From contig JAUZTB010000107.1 of the NCBI GenBank assembly GCA_034780895.1, positions 44,970,148-45,034,147 on the forward strand: a DNA stretch of 64,000 nucleotides, in the 5' to 3' direction. This DNA is from Rhynchobatus australiae (lineage: Eukaryota). Position numbers and translations under genes: made by a program. The notes below the pieces were generated by a model. That model saw only the letters and a list, made by a program, of their open reading frames with translations. It ran no database searches and was not told where the DNA came from. Below are positions 12,463-26,719 of this stretch, piece by piece (position 1 is the first letter of the stretch; every line of letters starts with the position of its first letter).

Positions 12463-12611
12463 CTTGATCTTCCTCATCATCACCTTTGTCTGTTTCCATA
12501 GCATCTTCATCATCCTCATCTTGGTCATAGTTGTAATTAGGATCATACGTGATGTATTTTAGGCATAGTCCAATCATTGCAGGAATGTGAACTGACATCT
12601 CCTTAGGACAC
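12463..12611 (-). CDS. CAND2: CAND2 coding exon 7
   Basis: 149 nt, taag|G...AAG|gtcagt. Translates [49 protein letters not shown]. Confidence 0.95.
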
Positions 12612-13418
12612 CTTAAAGGTACATAAATAAACAAAATGTTTTAAATTCCAGCTGCTTGTTTTGAATTTATTTAACTATGCATATTAATGTCAAACATGCT
12701 TTTGTCAACATTAGGATGGTTTGTTGTCCGACAAAGCTCAATACATTCCAAATCAGAAACAACCAGAGTGGAAAGGTTAGAATGCAAGAAATGGCCATTG
12801 TTGGCGTTGATGCACCTCTACTGAAGCAACCTCCTTGCTATGGCCTGACTCAATGCCATGAGGCATCATTTGGAGACAATACAGAGAATTCCCAGGACTC
12901 TCACCATCCCACCACCTCCAGCTGGTTTGTCCTGCTAGTGGAACCAGGGACTGTAACAGAAATGTAAGTAAACAATGAAGGTGGTCAGAAGCTTTCCTTT
13001 TGCACTGACACACCCACACGTGAAGAATCAGTATTGTTAAAGGATGTTATTTTTAACTACTTGTTCCTTGTAACCACTGCTTCTCCCCCCATTCCACCAC
13101 CCTCTTTCCACACTACACATCGCACTGACTTCTGTCAATAACTGGTGGCGCTGAGTATTGTACACAGCCTGTCTAAATCCATTATTCAGACCAATAGTAC
13201 AGTCAGCTTATTGTATGAAACAAATCTTTCACGAGATCCAAAGAATGGAGGAAACAAACAGGATGAAAAGATGAGCCAAGGAAAAGCTCAAGGGCAAATA
13301 TGGGGCCTCTTCTAGGTGCTTGAATTCAGAGCAAGATTGGTCTAGAAACAAGCCTCTTGACTGGGCAGTTGCATTGATCACATTAAAGGAGCCTAGTAAC
13401 AAGCACAGAGTAACACAC

Positions 13419-13524
13419 CTTCTTACAAATGATTCGAATGCCTGGAAGCAGTACTCCCGCAGCTCATCATCATCTACATTGCAGTACTTTACAACCAGTG
13501 GAATAATCTTCTCCAAATGCTCTC
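13419..13524 (-). CDS. CAND2: CAND2 coding exon 6
   Basis: 106 nt, ttttag|GA...AG|gtgtgt. Translates (G)[34 protein letters not shown](R). Confidence 0.95.
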
Positions 13525-13889
13525 CTAAAAACAGATNNNNNNNNNNNNNNNNNNNNNNNNNNNNNNNNNNNNNNNNNNNNNNNNNNNNNNNNNNNNNNNN
13601 NNNNNNNNNNNNNNNNNNNNNNNNNNNNNNNNNNNNNNNNNNNNNNNNNNNNNNNNNNNNNNNNNNNNNNNNNNNNNNNNNNNNNNNNNNNNNNNNNNNN
13701 NNNNNNNNNTTAAAGCCAGCTCTCATGAGAATCAAAGATCACTTCATTTTTGCTCATCTACTTGATTCTGGTTCGCTTTATGTGCTGACTGGCACATAAT
13801 CACCTATATTTTTGTAGGATCATGTTCCACATCCATTACCTTGTTTCTTTAATCGATGAGGGATTAAAATGCTGGAAATGTGTAGTGGT

Positions 13890-14570
13890 TAGAATACTAT
13901 ATGCAGTCTGGTCACCTCAGCAGAGGAAGAATGTGACAGCATTAGTAGGCTGCATAAGACAATGAGGAGGATACCACCAGAGGTGCAGAATTAAGGTGAG
14001 GAGAGGCTGCCTAGAAGGTTTCTTCCCCCCACACCAGTAGATTGGGCGGTAAAGGCGGCACATGGCATGTTCACCTGCATTGGTCGGGGCACTGAGTACA
14101 AGAGTCAGGAAGTCATGTTGCAGCTACACAAACCTTTGGTTAGGCTGCACTTGGAGTATTGTGTGCAAAGTCCGGTCACCCCCATTACAAAAAGGATGTA
14201 GAGACTTTGGAAAGGATACAGAAGATGTTTACCAGGATGCTGCCTGGATCAGAGGGCATGAGCAATAAGGAGGTTAGACAAACTTGGGTAGCTTTTTCTG
14301 GAGTGTAAAAGGCTGAAGGGAGACCTGATAGAAGTTTATAAGACGAGAGGCATAGTTAGGGTAGACAATCAGAAACTTTTTCCCCAGGGTAGAAATGTCA
14401 AGTACTAGAGGAGATACATTTAAAGTGGGAGGGGGGGTGGAGGTTAAAGGAGATATGCAGGACAAGTTTTGTGTTTTTTTATAAACAGATACAATAGTGG
14501 TGTTTAAGAGACTGTTAGATAATACATGAATATGCATGGAATGGAGGAAAATGGATCAGGTACAGGCATA
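13890..14570 (+). mobile_element. CR1/HER1-like LINE 3' fragment(s)
   Basis: Decayed CR1 ORF2 C-terminal sequence (ttggagtattgtgtgca...ggagacctgatagaagtttataa). Confidence 0.75.
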
Positions 14571-15004
14571 AGAGTTTTGTTAGGAAAGTCTAAGGGTAAT
14601 GGAACCATAGCAGACAGACTGAGTTAAGATACATCAGCGATAATCTAACTGAATGCAGGACACTTGTTGGGATTAATGACTCACTACCATTCTTATGCAC
14701 AATTGGGTTAGATTTAAAGCTTGTTTTACACTTCATCAAGCCGTCTCGGGTCAGGTGCAGGGCTTGTTACAAAGTAAAATCCTGCTCTATTGCTACGGCA
14801 AGCTGTTGATGAGAAGCCCATGGTTTGACAAATCAAGAATTTTCACTGTGGAAGATACCATTAACTCCTCAATGATATCCAAACATTGGAGATTTTATAT
14901 TGAGCAGGAACAAAATTCAACATTCTGAAGGCACCCATATACAAAGGAGGAAAAAAAATTGAGTCAGATTGGCTAAAACAGCTGACATTCTTGCGGTCAC
15001 TCAC

Positions 15005-15261
15005 CAACCCTGTGTCCAGCCTGTCGGCTGATGGCACCAATGCACTGGATGTAGGTTCTGGTCATGGAGGTAGATTCATTCTTTGACAGTTCTACCATGA
15101 GGTGATCCATTAATTCAGAGAAGAGGCAGCTGCTGCAGCTCATGACCAGGTGTCCCAGAGAGATGATGGCCCTCTTGCGCACAGCTAGCCTTGGGCTTGA
15201 CAGCTGGGGCAGCAGACAACTCAGGATGGAAGAATGAAATGTGATCAGAGTCCCACCTAAC
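15005..15261 (-). CDS. CAND2: CAND2 coding exon 5
   Basis: 257 nt, ttacag|G...TG|gtgagt. Translates (R)[42 protein letters not shown]...RQAGHRV(G). Confidence 0.95.
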
Positions 15262-16466
15262 CTGTAATGACAGATGTGAAGAGATTTTCAGAAAGCAGTA
15301 AGCACTCCTAGAATTATGCAAAGACCAGTCTTCAATAGCACATCCATTCCATTCTGCTTTTACCATGACTAATCTTAAATCCCAAACTCTATCTGGCTCC
15401 TCACATGTGAGATCTTTGGTGGGATAGCCATTTAATTTCTAACAAAATCAAGTCGGATTCCAAACCAGCCTAAATATTAGAAAGATCCACACTAAAATCA
15501 GTTAGGCTTAGAATTACAACCAAGTAAAACTCTTGATTATCTGGCACTCTCAGGAATGATCCAATACAAGATTATCAGAGTTTTACTGCAGATTCTAGGG
15601 GAGGGTGGAGGTGGGAACGTGAAAGATCAGTCTTGTCCATTCCAAGTTTTCCAATACAATAATACTTGTCCAATGATTAATAAATCTAATTATACAAAAA
15701 GAATCATGCAGCAAAGGAGGCAAATATATGGTTGTTGATCCTCCTGCTAGTGGAACCAACTTACTTCATCAAAAAATCCTCATGTCAAATCCTCATCAAC
15801 ATTCTCATCAACAGCAAATCCTCATTTCCTCAATCAAATCTTATTTTTGTCATCTTATCACTTTCCACCAAAAAGGCAAGGTGAGACCAACCCAATGTAC
15901 TCATTCCAACTGAAAATGCTGCTATTTTAATATATTTTCTTAGCGAGTGTAGTAGATGCTGGGCCAGTCTTACTGCCATAATAATCCAAGTATAACATGC
16001 AAGGGGTTATATCTGTGTACCCACAACTCCTGAGTTCAGAAGATAGTCTAGATAGCACTGTCAGAAGTGCCTTATTTCAAATAACACATCAAATCACTGA
16101 CTCATGTGTCCACTCAGGCTAATTCAAAGGAGCATGCAGTATTATTGCAAAGAACTGGGAGTTTGCCACAGTATCTTGGAACATGCATCAAAGTAGGCCA
16201 TTTAGCTCAATATTCTTGTGACCAGACCAATGAGAGCACACAGAATTGGGGGTATATCTAGAATTAGTTATCTGACAGATGTNNNNNNNNNNNNNNNNNN
16301 NNNNNNNNNNNNNNNNNNNNNNNNNNNNNNNNNNNNNNNNNNNNNNNNNNNNNNNNNNNNNNNNNNNNNNNNNNNNNNNNNNNNNNNNNNNNNNNNNNNN
16401 NNNNNNNNNNNNNNNNNNNNNNNNNNNNNNNNNNNNNNNNNNNNNNNNNNNNNNNNNNNNNNNNNN

Positions 16467-17275
16467 AAGCTGCTTCATGAGAACATGGACACGCTGAGTG
16501 AGTTGGCAAGAACATGGCAGATGGAAAATAATGTTGAAAAATGTGAGGCCTTCAATTCTGGTACACAAAACAGAAAAATAGCATTTTTATTAAAATGGTG
16601 AGAGACTGTTTACTGCTGATGTACAAAGAGAACTCGTGCTTATTCAAAATTCACTGAAAGCAATCCAGGTGGAGCAAACAATTAGGAAGGCATAATGTTG
16701 GTCTTTATTTCAAGAGGATTTGACAAGATGAGAAATAAAGCCCTGTACAATAGCAGTAAGACTTTGATGAGACCACATCTGAAGTATTTACAGTTTTGCT
16801 GTCCATATCCAAGGATGTATTTGCCGTAGAGCAAGAGCAGCAAAGTTTTGCTGGACTGTTTTCAGGGATAGTGGTTTGGCTTATGAATGGAGATTGTATT
16901 CTCTTGAGTTTAGAAGAACAAGACCCCATTGCAAATTACAAAATGCTTGTGCAGATTGACAGGCTGGATGAGGGGTGTGTGTGTATCAAGAAATATTGTT
17001 TCCATGGCTGAAAAGTGCAGAGCTGGGGTCAAAGTTTCAGAATAAGGGGTCCAGTGCTTCAGACAAATACAAGGAGAAATTTCTTCACTTGGAGGATTCA
17101 TTGGAATTCTTGATCCAAATCTGCTGAAGAAGCTCAGTTCATTCAAAACAGAGATGAATAGATTTCTGGATTTGAAGGGAACAGAGGGACAGGGAATAGG
17201 AAAAAGCAGACATGATCTTGATGAATGGCAGAGTTTGAAGGGCCAGATGATCTACTCCTGTTCCCATTTATGTTA
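16467..17275 (+). mobile_element. CR1-like LINE fragment
   Basis: LSELARTWQMENNVEKCE corresponds to the CR1 RT motif WQM.FN..KC and is followed by decayed C-terminal and 3' UTR sequence. Confidence 0.75.
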
Positions 17276-17949
17276 CTTATTCCTCAATCAACTTCACTAA
17301 AATGCTTGCTGACCTTTCACCAGTCTCCATTCTGAAGTCACTCACTTGAACCATTAACTCTCCCTCTTCAGAGGCTGCCTGACATACTGAATATTTCCTA
17401 CATTTGCTGTTTTGAATTCAAATTTCTAATATCTGCAGTATTTTCCTTATGAATCATTAAAACAGAACAAATTTGGAAACTGTCCGCAGATTTTCTAATA
17501 TTACATACAAGTTGGTAGTAGTAAATTAGCTCTAAAGGTTTTTTTTAAAAGAGTCTAAAGTCTGAAAAAGTGCTATAACACAAAATTATCTCACAATATA
17601 GTGGCAAGTAGACAAACGTCACTAAACAGCACCACAGGAACCCCAGACTATTAGAATGGAAGGATGCTATATAAAAAGCAACAGGTGCCAGGATTTCCTG
17701 ATGGACCTCAGTATTAGAAGCTCACTGAGATTGTTCTGCCACTCAATGAGATCAAAGTTGAGCTGATTAAGTCCAATGTGTCTGATTAACAGGGGAGGTA
17801 ATCAGTGGAAACACATTGACCACAATAACTGCAGAATCTTTATCATCCTCTGAAGAGGCCCAGCAAAACACTTAAGCCACAAGAAAAAACACCATTCGAT
17901 GAGGTAGTAACAACCTTATCATGGACATGATCAGGCTTCCTTACAATAT

Positions 17950-18500
17950 ATATTTCATGACAATGAAGAACTGCCCTGAAAGTACATCTCTGATCTCCAA
18001 TCACTGGCATCTAGTATAGCACCAGACGACATGGAAAACTTACATGTCTACTGGGAGTGCGATCTGGGCTACCCATTCTCTCCACTGATTGGATGGAAGC
18101 TCTAAGACTGACTCTCACGACCACCACCTGCAGCAGAATGAAAGAGGTTCACCTCAGAATTCTTCACTGCATTTACCTCATCCAGTAGAAATTTTTGCCT
18201 ATTCCACCTTTCCCTAGCAGACCCAATGCTGTAAAATTGCAGAAACTGGTAGCCCTGAAAGGTCTTCTTAGAAGCGATAACTATTTAATCTTAGAAACTA
18301 TATCTTGTTGAAGCTAGTCTTCAGACTTGATCCCAATCAGATGAATATATTTTCCACTGCTGACTCGACCTGGAATCTGCATCACTCATAAGCCTGCAAA
18401 GATCTCACCAACTCCCCTCCCCACAATCAAGATCACCTCATGAGTAAACAAACAATGGATATTGCTAATGAAAGGAAGAACTCCCAGTGGCTTGTGAACC
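17950..18500 (+). mobile_element. Decayed L1-clade ORF2 C-terminal fragment
   Basis: Frame-shifted WECDLG...DWMEALRL...CSRMKEVHLRILHCIYL resembles the L1 WE.DLG...QFKILHR.YLTP motif. Confidence 0.5.
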
Positions 18501-19717
18501 ATGGTTCCACAATTCTAAAGTATTAGTTTTGTTGGATCTTCTCAGTAACTTCTGAATTATAGCTGATGATTTTGGCTCTATGGCCAGCTTCAGGCTGCTT
18601 CATGAACAAGGCATCAATTTTGCCTTTATCTTTTTGATGTTTTGTCTTTGCCTAAGAGGGCACTAGATCAACATTAAAAATGTAGCAGAAACACAGCATA
18701 ATTAGTGTACGATTTAACATTCACAGCCGGGTAGTCGAAAATTCTTACAATTAAACACTCGGAAGACTAAAGACACTCTTGACATTTTGTGACTGAACTC
18801 TGCTTCCATTCCCATATCTTTTCCATCACCAAGACTAGTTACACAGTCTGCTTCAGCACAGCCTTTGCTGAAACTCAATGATGCTTTTATTACTTCCTGA
18901 CACAAACTATTCCAGGCCAGCTTCCTTTCTTCCACATACCATAATGCGAGCTTAGCAAAGACTACTGCTGATATCCAGATATGCACTGTTAACTCCATGC
19001 TCACCACCTTCAATGACTTCCTGTCTACAAGTGTTTTAAAGGATACTTCTCATTGAAGTCTCCCCATGGTCCCATCTTTATCTCTGCGTTAGCCACATAA
19101 CCTACCATGAACATAATATTCCATCAATTCTAGCCTCCTGATTTCCTTCATTATTGGCACCCAGACAATCAGTTGCCTTGATCGAAATAGTGCAATTCTA
19201 TCCCTAAAACACTGCTTTTCATCCTCTATTGTTTTCAGAAGCTTAACACCTACATATTGGATAAGCTTATGACCACTTTGCCTAATGTGCCCTTTTATGA
19301 GTTGGCATCAATCTTTTCCTGGCTCAGTAAGAGTGTCTTCAATTCTGTTGCTGTTCTATGAAATAGATTTCAAGGGGAGCAATAACTTTAAAATGTTAAA
19401 TTAACACACCATGAAATAAGAATACTTGGGCTCAATGTTTAGCATCTGGAGAAATGGATTAAACAGCTGTGTCAGAGAAGCCATTGGTATGAAATTCTAT
19501 TCTACATTTGGCCCAAAGCATCGTCTACAATAGGCAAGGCCTTGTAAGCTTATTGCACTCAAAGGCCTCTCCTTGGGTCATTCACCACTATGATTAATCG
19601 CCATCCAGGAAGGAGAAAGGAGGGAAAAGGACAAGGTTGCAATTCAGTGTTGGGAGTGCTCAATATAGTGATCAGTTTAGGGAAAATTGGGACATTCTAA
19701 GAGTGCTGCTGAATTAA

Positions 19718-19945
19718 ATTTATTTTTAATTTTATTTACAGCGTGGTAACAGGCCCTTCCGACCCAAAGAGTCCACGCCGCCCATTTTTAAACCCATATT
19801 AACCTAGCCGTACATCTTTGGAATGTGGGAGGAAACCCATGCAGACACGGGAAAACATACAAACTCCTTACAGACAGCGGCGGGAATTGAACCTGGGTCA
19901 CTGGTGCTGTAATAGCATCGTGCTAACCACTACGCTACCGTGCTG
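19718..19945 (-). mobile_element. tRNA-derived V-SINE (HE1-like)
   Basis: The minus strand shows A-box-like tagcgtagtgg, B-box ggttcaattcc, the V-domain gtttcctcccacattcc and an A-rich tail. A same-family copy is at 23030. Confidence 0.8.
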
Positions 19946-21379
19946 AAAATGACTTTGCCTAAAGCTAGCTCTCTGCACCAGTGTCCATGCTGAGTGGACC
20001 TTCTAGCTGACCTATTTAAAAAAAGCAGGGATCAAACTCCTTGAAGGCCTGCTTCTGCAATAGTGACCTGCACTATCTGTGGCATTAACATACATTAGCA
20101 TGTCAAATACAGAGAACCCAGAGGAAAATTGTGAATTTTTCAAACCACATGGATAGTCCTTAATTCTGTTTAATGGGTGTTTTTCTTTTTAAAAAAAACT
20201 ATAAAAAACATAATGATAAACTTTCTAGGCTTTAGTATATGTGGGTTATGTCTGTGACCTACTGGCTCAGAAGTTGAACTATTACTCTCCATAGCCAAGC
20301 TTTTTCTCCCTGTATCACTTCCTAGTTACAGGATGAAAAGAAGTGACTCTTGTTAGAACCAGTCAACCATTCCCAACCTCAGTCACTGGAAGCCTTCCAA
20401 AAAGTACTAGGCACCCAACTTAGTTCTGATGGTGTCACACCCACAAGAAAATATTGTAGGCAGATTCTCATTAACTAATATCATTGTTTTCTCACTCTTT
20501 GTATCATTCTATTACTACAACCACTACGGCTGCTGTTTTTTTGTATCCTGAGCTCTGTCTAACATGTAATTATGGAACTTAGCTTTGGAATGTTTCATTC
20601 TTGTTTATAATAAATAATATGGAATACATCACCCACACATTATTCAGAATAATTCCTGTGTGTCACTGCAGAACACTTTACATGCCATTACGTTCCACAT
20701 ACATTAAAAAATATTACTCCTGACATCATTGCCTTGATTATATCTCCAAGATTGGTCCACATTGTCAAATACATATTTCCTAATAGTACCATCTTTGTAC
20801 TATTGTGCATTATTGCAATTGTTGCAACAGAATATGACATCCATTGGCACTGCTTGCTAACTACTATAAAAATATACCATTACAATGACGTTGGCAGACA
20901 AAATCTTACAATAGCCCTCGATATTACCAGTGTAACTCTATTTGCAAAGAACATGCTCTCTCTACCATCCTGCATACAAGGTATGCAAAAAAGATAGAAA
21001 GAGTTAAGCAGCAGTAAAGGCACTATTACCCTACTAGAAGGAATTCTATTGACCAAATAGTGTGGGGGGAAAAAAGCTTCAAGGTACAGTAGATGTGTAA
21101 ATACTGGGGCCTTCAATTAATACAATGCTGATTGAGATAAGGTTACCAACAAAAGAGATAATTTCTGAAGTGTTCAAGAGGAGTTCCCTGATTATCTTGT
21201 TTACAAGGGAGGAGGCATTGTTGGATCTGCTCTGAGGAATAAGATGGACCAAATATTAATCATTGCCCCAAATACTTCACTGAAAACGCCTTTCACCTCA
21301 ACGCCACTCCATCCGCCATCCTCTCAAAAGTGGCTGTAACCACAGTATGTCATGTCGAGACGGCTGTTCTATGTGGACT

Positions 21380-21920
21380 TAATAAACCAGTACAACCTTT
21401 GGTCGATTAAAGAAAAGTCTGTTTGAAGATTAAGACCTTACGCCTGGCACAAAACCCATCGTCTACTGGGCAGAGATGACCTCTGTGCCATCCTTAACTT
21501 CCCATTTACTTTTGGACATGGACCACCTACAGCAGGCACTTCAAGGCACTCCAAATTCCCCAGAAGGATAAGCAAACCAATATCAGTATCCTCTCCCAGG
21601 CCAACATTTCCAGCATTGAGTCTCATTACCATCATTTCCATCATGCACATTTCTAACACCAGACTCCAAAAACAGTCTATTCCGAGCTCTGCTATGTGAA
21701 TACGTTACCAGGCAGACAGAGGAAAAGATTCATTAAGCATTGCTCAAATCCTCTGAGAAAATACAATATCCCCACTGATTCTTGGGATTCCCGGCCCACA
21801 CCTGCTCAAGGTGAAGGAGGAGCATCAAGGACAGTATTCAGAAGCTCAAGGCTGAGCACTGAGGATTTACATAAAGGCAGGAAGGTGTGCCTCCTCAGAA
21901 GCTACCCACCCACCTACCCA
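21380..21920 (+). mobile_element. RTE/BovB-clade LINE 3' fragment
   Basis: TRLQKQ..YSEL...LPGRQRKRF...LRKYNIPTDSWDS matches the RTE C-terminal GGQ.KR.KD.LK motif, with frameshifts. Confidence 0.7.
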
Positions 21921-22264
21921 TGAGACACATTTCATGGTCTTTTCAAACTGCAGAATACTTGTTAGATGATCCAGTACACATCATAGATGACATGATTGTT
22001 GGGATATGCACACATTTCAAGACAAAAGTCAAGCCTCACCAGACTGTCAAAGAGTGAAGGTTGAAATCCTAACAGTGGGAAAATCTCGAATCTACTTAAG
22101 CTTTACTAATTATCCCCATCCTTGATTGATTTTAATCAGTTGGAGGTCACTACCATAGAATACTCAGAAGAAAATCAACATAAGCCATGAACAGTAGACT
22201 TGACTGTCACTTCAACAATGGAAAACTTGCACCTCATTTGATGAGGTTGAGCTAGAAATGAGAC

Positions 22265-22815
22265 ATCAGTACAGCACAGGAACAAGCCCTTTGGCACATG
22301 ATGTCAAATTAAACTAAACCCATCCGCCTTCACATGATCCATATGCCTCCATTCCTTGTATGTTCATGTGTCCACCTAAATCCCTCTTAAATGCCACTAT
22401 AGTGCTGTTTCCATCCCACCGCTTAGTTTTTATACATAGAGTGGCAGGCACCTGCTCTATACACAGAGTAGGTGCCTGCACTCTATGTATAAAAATCAAG
22501 CTCGCTCATCTCCTTTAAACTTTTCCCCTCACCTTAAAGCTATGTCCCCTAGTATTTGATATTTCATACCTGGGAAAAAGACTCTGACTGTCTACCCCAT
22601 CTTGTAACTTTGTAAACCTCTGTCAGGTCTCCCCTCGGCCTCTGAGACTCCAAGTTTGTCTAACCTCTCCTTAAAGCTACTACTCTCTAATCTAGGCAGC
22701 ATCCTGGTGAACCTCTTCTGCACCTCCTCCAAAGCCTCCACATCCTTGTTGGAGACAATGGGACAACCAGAAATGCACACAATACTCCAAATGTGGCCTG
22801 ACCAAATGTTTTATA
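22265..22815 (-). mobile_element. CR1/HER1-like LINE 3' fragment
   Basis: Minus ORF KDVEALEEVQKRFTRMLPRLESSSFKERLDKLG. Confidence 0.85.
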
Positions 22816-23029
22816 CAGCTACAAGGTTATTTTACAAAATGTCATTCAAAATTAAAACATGCATTGATGATTCACCACTGATATACAGAACTAAGTAGAC
22901 ATTGCACCCAGCAGGTTAAGTATTACAGAGACGGGGATTAATGCAATGATGCAGGCTTACTTGACTTGAATCTATACAAGGATTGGGTGAGTGGTGGATC
23001 TATTGCTGAGGACCACTCATGAGTGATCA

Positions 23030-23262
23030 CTCATCACTATTACAGCGCCAGCGACCCGGATTCGATTCCCCCGCTGCCTGTAAGGAGTTTGTACATTCTC
23101 CCGCGTCTGTGTAGGTTTCCTCCGGGTGCTCCAGTTTCCTCCCACATTCCAAAGACGTACAGGTAGGTTAATTTGGGGTTTAAAAAATGGGTGGTGTGGA
23201 CTCGTAGGGCCGGAAGGGCCTGTTACCACGCTGTAAATAAAAATTTTTTTTAAATTTTTAAA
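23030..23262 (+). mobile_element. tRNA-derived V-SINE (HE1-like)
   Basis: B-box ggattcgattcc, V-domain ccgggtgctccagtttcctcccacattcc, and tail gggcctgttaccacgctgtaaataaa. Confidence 0.85.
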
Positions 23263-23519
23263 AAATTAAAATTAATGGGAAAACACAGGGAACACTGACC
23301 ATCATGTCGCAAGGTATTAATCAGAAATGGAAAAGGGCAAGGTTCACAATTGGAGGGCACCCAATTTCAACAGCATTAAAGAAGATTGGGCCAGGGTAAA
23401 GTGGAACCAAACACTGCCAGGTAAAATTGTAAATGGAACAATGGGTGACGATTAAACAGGAATATAGGAGAACCAAAGCTAGAGCTTTCTTGATGACAAA
23501 GCTAATAAATGGGATAAAA

Positions 23520-24800
23520 AAAACAAAAGTTGAATGACACATGCCAGGTGAATAATTCAAGTAAGAATCAGCTTGAATAAAGTAAGCTGAGAGGGGAGAT
23601 GAGAGGAAAATAAGACACCAAAGAGGGAATATAAAAATAGAATGGCAGTTAACAAAAGGGAATCCAAGTTTACTATCAGCACGTGATTAATAAGTGAAAA
23701 GTTAAAGACCAAGAGGCTGATCTATGCATCAAGGCAGAGTTCAGGGCTGGTACCCCTAATGAGTGCTTTCCATTAGACTTTGCGAGGGCCAAAGATGCCA
23801 CCAAAATCTCATTAGGTGTGGTAGCAGAGACAAAAAATGGGGTAAAAATTGATGTGGAGGTATTAGAAATGCAAGCCAGGATTATAGCAAGTAAGCCACC
23901 TGGTACATATCTCACATTGCTGAGTAAAGTCACGCTAACATCACAGAAGAGCTTATCAATAATGCCAGAGGACTGGAACATGACAAGTCTGACATGCTTA
24001 TTCAAAAAGGGTGTTCAAGATCATACCTGACAATCACAGGACAGTTAAATTAAACTTGAAGACCTTGGAAACAATTAGGTAAAATTGAAAGAACACATGG
24101 AAAAGTTGGTGTTGATAAATGACAAATTGTGCTTGAGTCATCTAAGTTATTTGATGAGATAACAGAGGTTGTTGAAGTGAATGCAGGAGACTGGATTTGA
24201 CATTGCCAAATAAAGCTGGTTAACAAAACTAAGGTCAATAGAGTGAGTTTGTGGCGGCATGGATAAGAAATTAGCTCAAGAACAAAGTAGAATGATCTCC
24301 AATGGTTGTTTTCCAGATTGGAACACAGTAGATCAGTGTTCTGCAGGTGTGAGTACTAGGAATTCTGTTCATCACTTTAGGAAGGATACAAAGATCTAGA
24401 AAGTGCAACATAAAAGTTGCTAGATTAATTTTAACAATGAGTTTTCAGCTACAAGACTTGGCTGTAGAAGCTGGAGTTATTCTTTTCGAAAACAAATTTA
24501 AGATTTGATAGAGATTCACAAAATCATGTGTGCTTATGTAAATTAAAAGGGGAGCAATTTCTCCTATTAGCAAATGATACAAAGTCTAAGAGACACAGAT
24601 ATAAAGTGATGGGCAAAACTTACCTGGGGGGGGGGGGGAGAATATGCAGTTATGATTTGGTACTCACTTGGACATTTGGAGAAAACAATCACTCAGGACG
24701 TTCAAGAGGCTAGGCAGCAGGAAAATAATTTGTTGGGCTGCAAGCAAAGTAGGAGAATGGTTCTGATTGTTCTTCCTACTGTGCCATAACCATTCTATTA
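23520..24800 (+). mobile_element. Highly decayed CR1-like LINE
   Basis: MPEDWNMTSLTCLFKKG corresponds to the CR1 motif P.DW..ANVTPLFKKG, followed by decayed RT and 3' segments. Confidence 0.6.
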
Positions 24801-24852
24801 TTCCTTCACACAATAACCTGAGCTCCTTTGCCTATCATGCCAACAACTTTAC

Positions 24853-24976
24853 CTGCTCAACATATCAGATAGGATATCCAAGGCTTCCAGCTGGACAGAT
24901 ACATCCTCTTGCTTGGCAATAGCACTTGTCAGGCGTCCAGTGATCTTCTTGCACACATTGGCAGATAGGGCTAAAC
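24853..24976 (-). CDS. CAND2: CAND2 coding exon 4
   Basis: 124 nt, ttctag|GT...AG|gtaaag. Translates (G)[40 protein letters not shown](R). Confidence 0.95.
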
Positions 24977-25384
24977 CTAGAATAAAGTAAATGTTCATTG
25001 CCTGTGAGATACTGCTTACCCCAAATAGTTTATTCAGTTTAGCTCTTTTCCCCCCTTATTAGTGGGCTCCAAATCAAGGAGGTTTTTTTGTTCCCCCCCA
25101 CACTTTTACAATTTTTATGCTCAAAATTTCCACTTTTCATACACGAGACAAGAAAACAACCAAGTAAAAGTAAATGAACTAACATTTCATTTGCCTAACT
25201 TTTCTTAAAGTCTGTCAATTATAGAAGTTATAGGCCTTGGTCAGTGTCTCTTGGCATGCTTGAAACTTGTCAGTGTCAAAGAATAAAGTCCTAGGCATTG
25301 GCCAGCATTACACTGTAGCTCTTTGGCCTACACATTAGTTCCAAAGATTGAAGGCCTCAATTGGTGTCCTTCAGTAACAGGTAA

Positions 25385-25995
25385 GCAAGGTTAATTTTCT
25401 CATCCTTCACTGGAATGTTAAATGGCAAATTTAACTGGGAAGGTGCCACAGGAACCAGTGCTGGGGCCTCAACCACAATCTCTGTAAACCACTTGGATGA
25501 AGTCACTCTATTGCAGCCAAATTTGTTGTTGATACAAATATGGGTGGTAAAACAATTTTTGAGCTGGACAATGGATGGACTAAGAGAGTAATCAAAAATT
25601 TAGCAGATACAGTATTATGTAGAGAACATGTGTTTCTACTTTGGTGGAAAAGTAGAAAAACAAAATATTGTTTAAATAGAAAAGACTAAATAATGCTGTA
25701 CTAGAAGTGAAGCTTAATGTTCTCATACATGAATCACAGACTTAGCATGCAGAGATAGCAAGTAATAGACAAATTAAGGGACTTTGACCTCAGTTGCAAA
25801 GTGGGTGGCGTGTAAAAATAGAGAAGTCTCGCTACAGCTGTACAGAATATTAGATAAGATCACAGAATAGTCTGAATATATTCAAGACCAAGATGAACAT
25901 TTTGTTCATAGGAGAATCCAGGGTTTTGGGAAATGGGGCAAGAAAGTGGAGCCGAGGATAAATTCAGATCAACCATGATCTTACTTAAGGGCAAA
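25385..25995 (+). mobile_element. CR1-like LINE fragment
   Basis: gtgccacaggaaccagtgctggggcc (GVPQGSVLGP-like) and aaatttgttgttgatacaaa (KFADDTK-like). Confidence 0.6.
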
Positions 25996-26495
25996 GCAGC
26001 AAAAGGCCAAAAGGAAGGCAAGTGAAGACAAATGGAGGGCAGTCCCTGCACTTGACAGTTATCCAGTAACACATGAAAAGGACTGAGCTTTGCAGCAACC
26101 CCCTCTATATTCAATTAATTTGCTGACATTCAGTGACAAAGCCCATGTACAATATGCTCTCACAAGAGGTACCAAACAGCAGCTAGTGCCCAAGTAAGCC
26201 AAACCCACTTAAAACCCACTCTTGACAAAATCACCATTCAATAACTAAGGTCAAATACTGAGACAAATTCAAGCCATTGAAAGAGTGGTTCTGAAATCCA
26301 GAGGATTTTTATGCCTTGCATTTGAGCTTTCCAAAAGCACTTATAATAATCCTAGCAATCCCACAACAAAAATTACAAGACAAGGTAGAAGAGCCCAAAA
26401 TAAGACTGAGGTTTTATGACAACATCATAATATCACAACAAGAGAGCAAGGCAAGAGGTCAAGCCAAGGTTACTAGGTATAAAGGATCCTCTTAC

Positions 26496-26650
26496 CACTA
26501 GAAGCAGGAGGTAGCTCTGCAATGACAGTCTTCAGACCAATGCTGGATATGTCTCGTAGTTGCTCTTTGTCAGACAGCATGTTGGTACACAATGTGTCCA
26601 CAATAGTCTCCACTTGGTATTCTTTAACCTTGCTGACCAGGGGGCCCAAG
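26496..26650 (-). CDS. CAND2: CAND2 coding exon 3
   Basis: 155 nt, ccacag|C...TG|gtaaga. Translates (C)[51 protein letters not shown](G). Confidence 0.95.
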
Positions 26651-26719
26651 CTGTGGGAAGGAACAAAAGAAATCCCTTGAAGCTAGCATCTTGACGCAAG
26701 TACTGAAAGTCACCTTTTT

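Noticed and set aside
19860-19945. tRNA-like A/B boxes (also ~23040-23075)
   Set aside because: These are SINE heads attached to V-domain bodies, with no complete cloverleaf.
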